From Tubulanus polymorphus (taxonomy: Eukaryota > Animalia > Nemertea): 64,000 nucleotides of DNA. The stretch lies in contig NC_134035.1 of assembly GCF_964204645.1 (NCBI RefSeq), positions 13,638,686 through 13,702,685 on the forward strand. Direction: 5' to 3'. The notes under the pieces were generated by a model, which saw only the letters and a program-made list of their open reading frames with translations, was not told where the DNA came from and ran no database searches. Below are positions 40,980 to 54,200 of this stretch, piece after piece; the stretch's first letter is position 1; the number at the start of each line of letters is the position of its first letter. The position numbers were made by a program, and so were the translations under genes.

Positions 40980-42922
40980 AGTTGACGCGGTCGCTGATTG
41001 ATCCTCAATTGTGGCGGTTTGATTTTAAAAACTCGACGATATTTCGGGTGAGCTCTCTGTGATATATCGGACGAGCTCTCTCTCTATCTCAGATACTGAT
41101 CACGTGTTAGATATGTTTGCGATATAGTGAATGAAGGAGAAGTCTCGATATATCAATAAATCCGTGTAAACTCAGTAGAAACAATCTGAAAATAAACAGA
41201 AAATGATAATGATAATGATATAAGTAAAAAAGATTTTGAGAGGAAAATTAATTAATTAATTAATTGATAATCTCACGACGGAGAAAGAGAGTGAGATTTC
41301 GAGCGATAGAAAAAGTAAAAATAATAATTCAGAATATTCAATTTCGTAGTAATTTAATTTTTAGAAACGTTGAACGGATTTTGAGCGTTTAATTCCAATT
41401 GTTACGTCGAGCATTAACCAATATGATAACTGCGTGAATTTATTAATATCATCGTGTGCCCCTCCCTTAGAAAAAATATTCTGCGAGAAAATGAATTCTA
41501 AATTTGAAATTATTTCCACCAAAAACTAATATCCGATCTTTCTGCGTATATTCGGGATAGTGAATTAAGTCTAAAACTTTTCTTTAGATAAAAACCCGAA
41601 ATTTGAAAAATTTTTCTCTTCTAGATTATAACTTTTCAATATATTTATTGTACCTGCCGTTTATTTAATTTTATTCCGACGAGAATCTCGAATCGCGCGA
41701 ACACAAACAAAGAATCCGATCCGCCGAAAATAAAACGATATTACCGAACTATCCTAAAATAACGACGACAACACTCTAAAATAAACTACGTCCGAATTGT
41801 GTTGAACGTAACCTCGATTTCCATCTCGTATCCGCGCCCGATTGAGAGATTGAAAGCCTTCGACGCAAAAAATTCCAGTTTTAAATCGACGACGAATTAA
41901 AATCCCGTCTTCGCATCGCAACGACGTTAAACGCGTATACACAATAGATAAAGAAAAACGTTTAAAACGTCGTCGAAAAAAACTTCGACGTTTAAAAATT
42001 CAGTATACGTTTAGAATAACGTGGTTAATCCTAGGTTTTCACCGCGGTTGCGCGCACACGGAGAGATAAAACTCTACTCCCGTTTCTGTTATTTTGTGTA
42101 TCAGTGGTTTTTGTTAGAATTGTTGTCGGTTGATGAGTGAGCGACCGAGCGACTCGTAACGCGTGTCCGATCTATTTAAAATAGTCAGCGCACAACAGTC
42201 ACTCCGCCTGCTCTCTCGGGACGCAGCGCTCGTAGCGCCGTCACGCGGCCACTTCACAACTATCAATACACCGATATATAAACCCCGAATCTAAGAGGAA
42301 TTCGTTGATTAAATTCATTCCTACTTTAGTCGTTATGAAATATCGAAATCGTGCATAAAATCATATCAGAATTTAGCTTATTCTGTTTTTGTGTCGAAAT
42401 CGTCCTTTTAGATACCTATGAAATATATAAATGTTTCTTGAAAGCAGAAACGTCTTGTAAAACTATACCAGCAAATGAAGAATTGATTATTTTAAAGAAT
42501 ATAAGCTTTAAGAATCGTGTTTTTATCATAATTACGAGAATGGGGCCCTTGCTGTTCTGGTCACAGGACACCACACTGGTTTCCATTGTTAAACTAATTC
42601 GATTTTAAAGACGCCATGATTTGAAACGTTCATTGTTTCCCGTTGGACCGGCGGTTTTTTTTATAAAGAAGTAAATCTCGGTTTCAAATTGCTCCCTTGC
42701 GTCAATCGTTATCGGCTGCGTATAACGCAGTGAATCTGTCGTCTGCGGTGTCTGGTGACTTACACACACGCTGCGGATTCGATCGGAAGAATTCGAATCC
42801 GGCGTTTTAGTAATATCTACAAAACGTCGAATCAAACGCCTTGGGAAACTCAACGAAAAAAACGTATCAAATTGTGTTTGTTTATCGATTCGTAAATATT
42901 TTGCGATATAATTTTAAATTGC

Positions 42923-43585
42923 TTTTATTCTAATAGTCATCTTCAGGAATACTGTATTCCTTGAGCTAGTGTAGTTTATTCAACGTTTCGACTATATCCT
43001 AATAGTCATCTTCAGGAATACTGTATTCCTTGAGCTAGTGTAGTTTATTCAACGTTTCCACTATATCCAAATAGTCATCTTCAGGAATACTGTATTCCTT
43101 GAGCTAGTGTAGTTTATTCAACGTTTCGACTATATCCTAATAGTCATCTTCAGGAATACTGTATTCCTTGAGCTAGTGTAGTTTATTCAACGTTTTGACT
43201 ATATCCTAATAATCATTCTCAGGAATACTGTATTCCTTGAGCTAGTGTAGTTTATTCAACGTTTCGACTATATCCTAATAGTCATCTTCAGGAATACTGT
43301 ATTCCTTGAGCTAGTGTAGTTTATTCAACGTTTCGACTTTGTCCTAATAGTCATCTTCAGGAATACTGTATTCCTCGAGCTAGTGTAGTTTATTCAACGT
43401 TTCGACTTTATCCTAATAGTCATCTTCAGGAATACTGTATTCCTTGAGCTAGTGTAGTTTATTCAACGTTTCGACTATATCCTAATAGTCATCTTCAGGA
43501 ATACTGTATTCCTTCAGCTAGTGTAGTTTATTCAACGTTACGAATATACCTAATCCTAATATCCTAAATAGCTCATCTTCAGGAA
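42923..43585 (-). ncRNA. Tandem array (~9.5 x 69 nt) of minimal type I hammerhead ribozyme motifs, retrozyme/Penelope-like
   Basis: Minus-strand unit reads UAUUC-CUGAAGA-U-GACUAU(UAGGAU)AUAGUC-GAAA-CGUU-GAAUA. It has the core boxes, a 6-bp stem II, a 5-bp stem I and a palindromic ACGU stem III. Period 69 (ttgagc at 42961, 43030, 43099). Confidence 0.8.
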
Positions 43586-46500
43586 CGTATAAATATAAAA
43601 AAAGATGAAAATATGGTCTGAATGATATCTATTTATGTGAGTTGAGTAGGAACCAATAAAATCTTGTACACTCATATTCAATAAAAGAGATGTCTCAGCT
43701 ATTCGCGCGCTAAATGCCCTCATATTTTTATCACTGCGGTGTACAGAGACATGGACGAATCATACTTGTGCACTTCAAATTAACCGATGACAAAAAAACT
43801 GCGCGATTAATCGAAAGAAAAACAGTTTGTTCGATTGTGCGCGAATAGCGTGGCATATACACGCGATTTAGTCCGCATTGTTTGTCGTCTATTGCGAGTA
43901 ATTCGAGCGGAATTTTCAATTTTACGTTTTTACAAACTCGTCGACTATGCGAGTTAGCGACAAAGCTCGACATTATTTTATAAGATTCCTGTTCCGATAG
44001 TGTGAGTGCATGTGTTTTTTAGCTCGGCGTATATCACCGTATAATGGCTTCAACAACAGGTATAATGCATAAGACTTTAATTGGGGGTATACCTAACAAT
44101 GCGCCGGGGATATAGGACAGCTTTCAATCAGTAAAACCGGCATGCGCGTCAAAAGAAGCCGAGAATGAGAAGTAATGTGTTACGGATTCCGTCGATGCTC
44201 ATTTATTTATCAGCGAACACGTATAAAAACTACACATGTATTGAGACAAGTATTCAGGCCCTCGCCCGCCCGCAGGGGACTCCTTTTCTTTAGATTTACC
44301 GTCAGTGGATCGTGTTTAAATTTGTGACATTTTTCGCTCAATAGCTCGACAAGTTGGTCCTTGATATTTATATATGGAAAAAAGTATATAAACGGATTGT
44401 AGATCGGGAATCGTATTGACTGTGAAACTCGCTACTTAAGTGTTGGGACCAGATTATCCAAATTCTTGAATTGGAATGCATTTTAGGACTCAAAAATAGA
44501 GATGACTTCAGTAATGTGACGACTTATCCAAATGATGACTTAGACTTAGTAAATCGAATTAGAAATACACAAATAATTGGGCTCAATATTATAGAGAAAA
44601 CTTTGATAATCTGACGACTTATTCAAACGATGACTTAACGCCAGTTTGACCGCGGAATTCTTCCAAAAACGTTTATGACGTCACAAACTACTGTTAAATT
44701 GTGTTCACATTTTTTTTTCTAACAACAAAATTACCCGTGAACATTTAATGAAATCGAGGGCCACGATAGAGAGCGATCTAATGAGTAGGTAAACTGTGAA
44801 ATAGCCGAGCTTCCTACGCGTTAAACGTATGTTTAATTCCGAGTTGGATATTATAGAAATGAGTAGGGGGTTCACTTGTGTTCGGGGACAATGCAATAAA
44901 ACGTAGACCGCCGTTTGAATACCGCGTCTGCTTGATAATAGTTCAGCGGTACCGCGGGCGCTTTCTGGGGGACGAAACGGTCCTTTCTTAAGAACTCGAA
45001 TTTTGATTGGTCGCCGCGCTCATTACCGATACCATCCTCTCTCCGAATCGCGGGCATCGATTTCAAAGGGATTTCGGGCGGCTTATAAATTGGCCCGGGG
45101 ATACTGACCGTACTAATACCGCCACCTAGCGATAAAATCGAACATCGAGTCGCTTTATGAAAGTAAGATCTTTATCGTACGATATCTCAGATATCTCAAA
45201 ACAGATCGATATATCAACCATATAGCAACAACACGTAGAAGAAGATTATAAAATATAAAACGATGGGTTTTTAGTTTCTAAGGAAGAGTTAGATCACTAT
45301 AATGTGTCTCTTAGGAGGTGCTAGCCACCCCCGGATACCGGCATAGGCCGACATTTTTAAGGCTATTCCTTACGTGGGCCAAACTAAACAGAAATAATCA
45401 TCTTCACAATTCTTTGCCTGAAAGAACTTTGAAAGTTTAATTGACGAAATAATTTAGAGCGAAGATACACAACCCGGTAAAAAGTTTGACTCCAGACCCG
45501 TTTCAGAGCGGTAAAACCTTGGAGTGAAACTTAAACTGAGATATTGCCGGATCGGGTCCTGGCTGATAATTATATTCTATAATCAAATCTGTTTCACAGC
45601 GGTTGCAGGTGCAATTATGACGTCATCGTCTGGTAATAAACAAACCCTAATGAACTGTGAACGATCAGCGGGGCCCCTACCCGGCGCCGTTACCTCTGTG
45701 TCCATACCCTACCCGAGCGAGTGTCCAGATGCTAACAAGTTTAACTGAGGTTTATTTATTTTGCTAAATTAGACCTCGGACTCTTCATCATCGTCATCAA
45801 CCGTCTCAAATTTTGTGCCTGGTTTTTAAAATTATTTAACAAGATCCGCCATTTTCAGTTGTTTATTTGTAACCGGCGCCATTGTTGCGCAATAAAGTAT
45901 CATCCGTGCCTCGTGACCAAATATAGCGATTTGAAGAGTTTCACGCCGAATTTCCCCATCTGCGCCGGGAGTTTCAATAACAGTGAAATTTTGTATTATA
46001 CAAATTGCTCGATTGGATACCAGACAGGTTTGTATGTCCACTTGTGGCAAAGAGCTCTCGAAAATCGTGCCGACAGCGTTTCGACATAGTCACCAAATAA
46101 AGACTCGATCTGTCGCTCTTTGTCAGGTCTAGAGTTTAAGGGTATTTTCGATTATCTATCTCATACGACTCGCGGCCCTTTTCCCCTTTTAATTGTAATT
46201 GATCCAATTTGTCCGCGTGTCCGCTACGCAAATAGATACAACACTATAACAACCCTTGACTTCTAAGCGGTTATCTGAGCTAATGGTTGAACATTCTAAA
46301 TCTCGAGAAGTTTTGGAACTTTTTGAATTGATTTGTGAGTTTACCAGCGGTAGGTTTTTCAAAACTGAAATACTACTTCTTTAAATTTAAATCGAGAGGG
46401 GAGAAAGAGAGAGAGATATGGAGAGCCTACTAGCTAGCGTCTAAAGCGATTTGCGGCCTTATTTTTCAAAATTGCAATATCCTTTCATTTAGGCCAATAG

Positions 46501-48309
46501 TTAGTTGAAATAAACTGATTCGTAAAATGAGGTGTAAGAACCAATGATATGATGATAATGATAATGATATGATAACAAGATCGATTAGGTTTTCTCATTG
46601 TTTTCAAATTAGTATAGGCCCTATAATATGATTTCATGGCGTGAGGCGCGAAACTTCAAACCGATATCAAACAACACTTTAACAAAACAATCAAAGCTAA
46701 TCACAGAAAACTATACCACCGTCGAAAATGACCCGGCATTTAACGAAACCCGATAACACGTGACATTAAACCCTAATTAACGCGCGTCGTTCAAACCTTT
46801 CAACAATCAAAACCGTTAATTAATAAATTACATTGACTACGTGTAAAAAGGGCTCGACGTTTCTCTAAAGGCGGGGTGGTTCGTCGACGCACTTCAAAGT
46901 GAAGACGATTTGAAGGTGAACTGCTCCTCCGGGTCCCGCCGGGCTATCATCAGATGATGATGTAGTAATTTAGATGGAAAAATTAACGGCTAAATTACTG
47001 GATATAACGACAACCGCGAAATGGCCGCCGTCTGCTGATTAGCGCCTTATTTTCTCGCGTTTGATTGTATTGTAATTATTGGACAGGGATTTGACGATCT
47101 CAATTTATACAAAACGCGACGCAACGGAATCAAAGGTGAATGAATCGGGAACGGACGATTTCAAATGAATTTTCAAGGGGAGAAAAGTTTTTCTAAAAAA
47201 TTCTAAATTCTGAACGCGGCAAAATGCGCCCGGTTGAGACTCGTACGGCGTGATGAAAAATGCCGAAAATGTCTAAAATTTTACACAGATACATTTCGTA
47301 AAGAATAAAAGGTAATGTCTAAATTTCTAAAACTGATTATAGACAAGTCCGAATGATCTAGTATTGGGGTTTATCGGCCGCTTTAAATCGAGTATAGAAT
47401 TTCATTGTTAAATACAAACCATTCATTTACTATAAATATATTATTAATGGTAATAATCATAATAACGATACTAATAATAATCCATTGACAAATCTGACTA
47501 TTGAAAACTCGTGTCTGTGTTATAATATAGCTTACTTGCAGCGTCGCCCGACCAGAAATAAACAAACATATTTATTGCAAGTTTTATTTTCAAAACGGAC
47601 ACTAACACTGATCTGCGTCGAGATTTCAATAAAAAGACAAATGACTTTTTAATCTTTACCAAAACTCAAGATTATTAACATCCCCGATAGCGATCCGAAT
47701 ATGCGCGCTTAAGAAAGAAAGGTAATCAGAATATCGTGATAAGTCGCAGATTCAAAGTTTTCTAAGAAAATTATTTTTTGAGAGAGACAGCTCCTTTACG
47801 GGCAGTGAGTCGATCGAAATTAGAAAATAAAAACTTAGCAAAATACAATCAAAGGCTTCAGTTTCACGAGGTAGTTATAAACTCAAATTCCTATTCATTA
47901 CTATTTATGTTTCTTATAAGGACAACTGTTAAAACTAAACCGTTTTAAATGTAAACTCATTTCGGAGTGAAACTGCTGCGCTCACTTTACAATAGTCGAA
48001 ATACTAAGATTTGAAAATTAACAACAGATAAACCGCAAAGTGAAATGGAACCAGTGATATATCGGTCTAACAGAGAGAGAGAGAGCCTGCCTACGTGTTG
48101 TAGGTGAGGTGTAAATAAAAAAATGAACGTTACGCGTTTGCATTTGTTCCACTGATTCAACAATGTTAACTGACTATTGATAAAAATGATAATGACAATG
48201 ACAATGATAACTAGAGCTCGATTTGTTCTTTCAACTCACAACTCACACACATAGTTAAACCAGCACAGAACTATCTGTAATCGATTGTAAATGATTAAGT
48301 TAGTTTTAC

Positions 48310-49080
48310 CTGAGTGAAGATCTGAATGTAAGATGATCCGCTCGAATCCGTGTGAAAATCTTTGTTCAACGTCACTGCAATAATCCAACACGAGGATGAT
48401 CGGTTCAACGGTTCTCGCAATAGACCCGATTGCACCAAGTCAGTGTAACTAACAAGACTTATATGAGACCGACCGTCGGTTAATTAAACATCAGAAATAC
48501 CGGCAACTTATGAGGTGTAAAGCCACGCCTCCTAGCGGTCAGTATATAATCGAAATTGTCGGCTGCTTCAGACGATTTGCCGGTTCCTTACGCCGAATTT
48601 CATCCGACGCGAATTTAACACTCGCTCGAGTTTCTGATTCCGCGCGCGCGCCCTCGTCTGAAATTCTCTCTCGCAGTAGAAAGTCACACACATACACTTT
48701 AAGTCGCTACTGCTACTAAAACAGCGAATGTTTTATTTGAAGTCTTTTCGACTCGCGGATTGAACGCCGTTCTGCTATACGACGGTTGTATTTACAAGCC
48801 GAGGTTTTATTTCAAGTCGTTCTATTATTTAAGGCGGGGTTTCGTCGCTAAAAGTCTCGCCTACCGTTAACGCGCGGCCTGCGGGTTTATTACTCGGACC
48901 AATGAACGCCGGTTGTCGAGCGCATAATTCGTAATTCACGCGTAACTAAACCGAGGCGTGGCGCTGCCTGTCACATACCCGCCCGCGCGACAATGGACAG
49001 TCATCAATAATTCATAGACGGCTCGACCAATCAGCGAGCGAGCACGAACGCGACACACATAATTCATGGATTCAGTTTGC
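48310..49080 (-). promoter_or_regulatory. Candidate distal Pax6 promoter and non-coding first exon (donor at 48310/48309)
   Basis: Minus-strand donor TCAG|GTAAAA. CpG-rich stretch with CCAAT boxes (48899-48903, 49027-49031), two TAATTCAT motifs (49008, 49060) and a CTCF-like site near 48525. The TSS is not determined. Confidence 0.4.
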
Positions 49081-50734
49081 GACGCGAACGCTCGCCGAAT
49101 GGATGCTGGCTGCATTGTTACGTCCAGCATCCGAGAGAGCGACAAGATGACGATGATACCGAGATGATACTCTACAAGGATTTATCTTTAAAACGATCCT
49201 GGTTAGAAATCTCAATCGGTAACTCAAGAATATTTAGTCTTAGGGACAAAGTTACTTCATAAAAGAATATAAGACTGAAACAAACTACAAACGCATTTAG
49301 AAAAACGCATTTTGAAAATGAAATAAGTTTGTGTCCCAAGAATTAATCTCAAAAGTTACTAAGAAACGATATCTATCGTCTGGGGTGTGAACAGGTTTTT
49401 TGTCGGGATCAAAATGATTCTTAGAATCTGTTACGCATCAAATTCGCCTACGTTAAACCGGACTGAAATTCTGATTCTTGTAAGTAAAATAAATAAAACC
49501 GTATTTAACAACAATCAAGAGAATGGAAAACGGTAACGGATAACAAACTGCGCGTGTAGTGATGGAAAACCGATTTTGTTGTTTTGCAAAATTAGAAATA
49601 TTCCTTATCGAACATTGATGAAACTCCCCGAGTCCGTGTCCTACCGACAATATGCCATATTACACCCAACACTCATAAATAAAATCCGAAAAGTCTCCTC
49701 GAAACTATTTGAGTTTATTCTCGACGTTTCGACTATTATATCTTAATAGTCATCTCTCTTCAACAAAGAATGATGATCAATATTGTATCGTCAGTTAGTA
49801 GTGATCCTAGTCGTGTGTTAACAATGAGGAAAACGTTGACGAAACACAGTTAAAAATGAGTCCCTGTTGTAACCACAATACACCTTAAAATCCCAAACTC
49901 AGGCAGAAAATGAATATTCCTGATGATGTTCATTAATTAACATGAAATCTTTCTGGACTCACTTTTCTTTTTGAGTGTAACATTCATTTCTTTTTGTAAT
50001 AAACATTTCTTGTTGTTTTAACGACCCAAATAATGAGACTTCCCATCCAATGATAGAACATCCCCGTATAGGGAAAAGATTCCGAACATTCTCTCTCTCA
50101 CTCATACCCCTAATAATCTGTATAATCTGTTTCGGATCTACTGGAGATACTTTCTTCATCTTCTCCTAAACCGCATTTCAAATTAGTTACCGATTCCAGC
50201 GTCAGGCGTCGCTACAATCTAATAAAAACGGTAGATATCTCGTAAGTCGAGAAAGTCTCCTCGCGGTGGTGTTAAAGAAATTCATTGTGCCCGAAATTAA
50301 GGTCACGCCGCCGCCGACCCGATCTCTTAGCAGACGACAAAACGAGTAATGAATGATGAGTTAATCAGGTATCTACAATAGTCGAATCGTCACGACATTC
50401 GTGAATATCGGAAATTGCAAACACCCCTCTTTCAGTACGTCGCACGTCACTGCAAACACCCCCCTCAATATAGACACCTCGGTGTCCGCTAAATGACTCT
50501 CTAATTCTTAATGAAGTGTTTAATTCACCTATTTCTCTCGTCTCTGCTACCACTGAATCTACTTAAGGTTCCTCTTAATTTTTCTGATAAGTAACGAGAC
50601 GAGTAGTACTGTACTTTTCTGGTAAGTGTGGTCGCTCATTTAGCTGTGGTGACCTGTCAATGATTCAGTAAAATCATTTTGCACAAAAGAAACAAAAAGT
50701 ATCGTAAGCCCCAGCGCTGAGCCCGTAAGGTATA

Positions 50735-50960
50735 ATCCTAACCCTATCTCCACCATAACCTTAACCCTAGCTGGACCGTAACCCTAACCCTAGCAGGACT
50801 CGATCCAGCGACCTACACCTCGCCAGCCGAGCATTCTAACCACTAGACCATAGACATGTAGCGATTGTAGGGGTTGGGAAGATTATCTGGTCAGTGTGGC
50901 GACCTGTTAGTTGTGGTGACCAGTCAGGTGTGGTAACTGGTGACCAGTCAGGTGTGGTGG
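50735..50960 (-). mobile_element. Second copy of the tRNA-related, TTAGGG-tailed element
   Basis: Minus strand: TGGTCTAGTGG ... GGATCGAGTCC TGCTAGGGTTAGGGTTA plus further degenerate TAGGGTT units and the same ggtgaccagtcag subrepeats. Confidence 0.6.
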
Positions 50961-51117
50961 TTCTATTCACTAACAATACCCGCTATACCATCCGACAAAA
51001 AGTCCAAAGCAATGAAACATCAGGAGGATTTGGCCAAAGAGGGGATGTTTCTACCAACACGACCTCAACGGCCTAAAACATCACACATTGCGTTACTATC
51101 GAACTCACGTTAAGTAA

Positions 51118-51255
51118 ACGAAGTCATCTCTATTTTTGAGTCTCACTTTGTATTTACAATTCAATTTACTAAGTGTAAGTCTTCATTTGGATAAGTTCTC
51201 AATATTACTGAAGTCATCTCTATTTTCGAGTCCCAATTTGTATTTCTAATTAAAA
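51118..51255. repeat. Dispersed repeat family (gaagtcatctctatttttgagtc...tttgtatttctaatt)
   Basis: Copies at 22040-22125 and, inverted, 36520-36630 and 44480-44640. Confidence 0.8.
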
Positions 51256-54200
51256 AAATTAGGATAAATCTATCAGCACTAATGCTGTGGTCCCAACACG
51301 ACGCCATATTGAATAACGAGTTTCACTGTTACCTGCTCATCTTAGATACGTCATCAGCAGAACGATTGTCACAATCACAACGACGTCTTTGTAACCAGAT
51401 ATAAAAAAAGAATATGCGTTAAAGTGTTAAAACAAGTTAAAACAATATCGTACGAGAATTCATTGTAAAAACTTCAGTTGCGAATTCCACTGTTGCGTAA
51501 ACAGAAAAATAAAACAATTAAGATTTTTTGCCGGTGAAACGAATTTCTTAAACGGTTTTGAAGACAAACGACCGCGCAGTAAAAAAGAGTTGTTAAAACG
51601 CTTCCTGATTGAAGGCAGTGTTTTAAAAAGCAGACACAGTTTGGAAATGAACCGACTGTGCGAAGGTGTTACACAAATGGCTGCTTTCCGCGCGTCGGTA
51701 TCGGATATCAAACACGGACTAAAGAAAATAGATTATCTAAACGCAGTTTAACTAGATCCGGATTTGTGTTGAGCGCGCGCGATAACGCGTTGAAAGGTTT
51801 CGACTGAAACCGACACGGCGAAACGACGATTAAAAGTGATATACTCGTCCGGATTTTTCTGATTGAGCGGGCAATAAAAACAAAACTCATTAACACCCCG
51901 CACGAAACGGTGAAATATAAAGACTAGTCGAATCGGACTCCGATATACCAGGTTAATCTGTAGTCAGAATTTTGTCACATGGTTGCGTGTAGCGTTACTG
52001 AAGCGAATGATGCCCAATTTGTTGCTAGGGACACCTGGGGATGCTGGGGATACAGCGAGCCATATGCGCAGACGACAGGCCGTATAACATCCATTCAGAG
52101 AATGAGAGAGAGAGCTAATGATAAGTTTAGATAAGATAAGATAAGCACTAATTCGACTATAGAGATAACAATTAAAAATTATCGTATTTTTTGAAACTGA
52201 AGGTAAGAGGCCTGCAACATCTTTTGTCCCGTAAAAATCTTCCGCAAGAAAAACGAGCACTTTGAAAAAATTCTCAACTCGAAATATTTGTTTACGAAAT
52301 TCTTTCTTCGTTGTCAATGGCTATGTTCGAGGTAAAATAAGAATCATGACAATTAAGAACAGATCAAGGATAGCTCCGAATTGAACATAAACCGGATGAG
52401 CTCCGAACTGGATATCGATAAACCGGAATAACTCCGAATTGGACATTTGATAGGGTTCATTTCATATTACATTTTCTTTATATCAGTTCCAATAGTGATG
52501 ATTTAAATATCTACGGACGAGCGCCCCCTCCCCCCCTCCGTACAGGTGCCCGCAAACGTGGGAAAACATCAATCTGAGGAATGAAAATTGAATACTTTCC
52601 CTCTCTCCCTCTATCTCATAGACCCCCGCGTGAAAGGGCCGGGTGTCCTTTCCCTCTCTCTCTCTATCTCATAGACCCCCGCGTGAAAGGGCCGGGTGTC
52701 CTTTCATCATTAGAGGAATATCTACAGTATCTATTGTTCTCTGTTGTTATTGTAACATTACTCTAAGTATGTGAGATACACGTGTTATATTGGTTATAAA
52801 GCCCTGAAGGTGAGGAAACGTTAGCCACTAGCCCCGTAGATATGACCGGTAGGGGAGCTCGCAGTTTCCGGTTTTAGGTTCTATAGGTTGTGTGATTATC
52901 ACATGGAGTCGTTTCCGTCAGACACCGCACGTTAACACCGCTATTAATGTGTTATATTCATTTCCTGTTCATCCGTTATAAACATCATATTACATTCTCA
53001 TCTTTCTCACTCTCTCCCACTCTTTCTCACTCTCTTCCCCTCTTTCTCACTCTCCCTCTCTCCCCCTCATCTTCCTTTCACTCTCTCCCCATTTTCTCCT
53101 CTCTCTCTATCCCCCTCTCTCATCTTACCTCTTCTCTCCTCACCCCTCTCTCCTCTTTCTCCTCTCATCGCACTCTTTCTTCTTCTCTCTCCTCTTACCC
53201 CCTCTCTTCTCTCTTTCCTTCTTTCTTTGCCTCCCCTCTTCATCTTCCCTCTCTCTCCATCTTAATTCTCTTTCTGCCCTTTCCCTCACTCTCCATTTTC
53301 AATATCAACTCATTTTAATTATTTTAACTCATGTAACTTTGTCACTGTTTCTTACAAAATCTGAAATATTTTCTTATTCTTTGCTTTTTAGTCTCTTACT
53401 GACAATAAGCTGAACTATTTCTGTGTAGAGACTGATTCTCCTCCCAGAGTTGTATAGTCGCGCCCATCAGTGCAACACAAAACAGAACTTAAAACCTCAT
53501 GAAACAAATCGCGTTTCGCTCGATTTCATCCAGAAAACACGGGCAAAGAGAAATCCGCGATGCCGCTGCGGTCGAGCGGAAAATACGGCCGTCGGACTCG
53601 AATTCCAGTTTGCACACAGCCGAACGATCACGGTCAATATAATTCAGCTATAATGCCAAATGCCTCTAGGTATAGCGCGGATTTGATTAAAATGTTTTCT
53701 TTGATGAGCTTTTTAATTGCCTCCTCGCTCTCTCTCTCCCTTTCTCCGATTCAGTGTTTGTAGTGAAACTGTTTTTCGAGTTTTTGTTTCGTACACCACC
53801 TAGAGGCCCGGCCGCGGCTGGCTGCAACTCGGGTAAACTCACAACCAAACGGTCGGCAAGTTTAAATTATGGAGTTAAGTTCTTAAACACTGGTTAACTC
53901 ATGAACCAACTTTTGAGGAATGGGCCCTCATTGGGTCCAAACAAAAATTAAAAAGAAGCTTAAAACGATTGAAAAAAAAACATGAAGTAGCAAAATCAGA
54001 AATCAAACACCAAATTTCTTGTAAAATAAATTCATTCGTTAATTGAAATGGTACTTCGATTTCCGATTTCAAAATCAAGTCCCCTGTTTCGCTGCCAGCT
54101 GGTGTGGTGGACACCAAATTAAAATAAATCTGACCAATTCTTCCAAACAGGGTCAATAAACTCTAAGATCAGATATAATACATATTTACGAAGGTCGATT

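Noticed and set aside
42923-43585. CRISPR-like appearance of the regular repeat arrays
   Set aside because: Units are head-to-tail with no unique spacers, there are no cas genes, and the context is eukaryotic.
49915-49955. CTGATGA...GAAA hammerhead-like motif
   Set aside because: Stem II register is non-canonical and there is no 3' partner for stem I.
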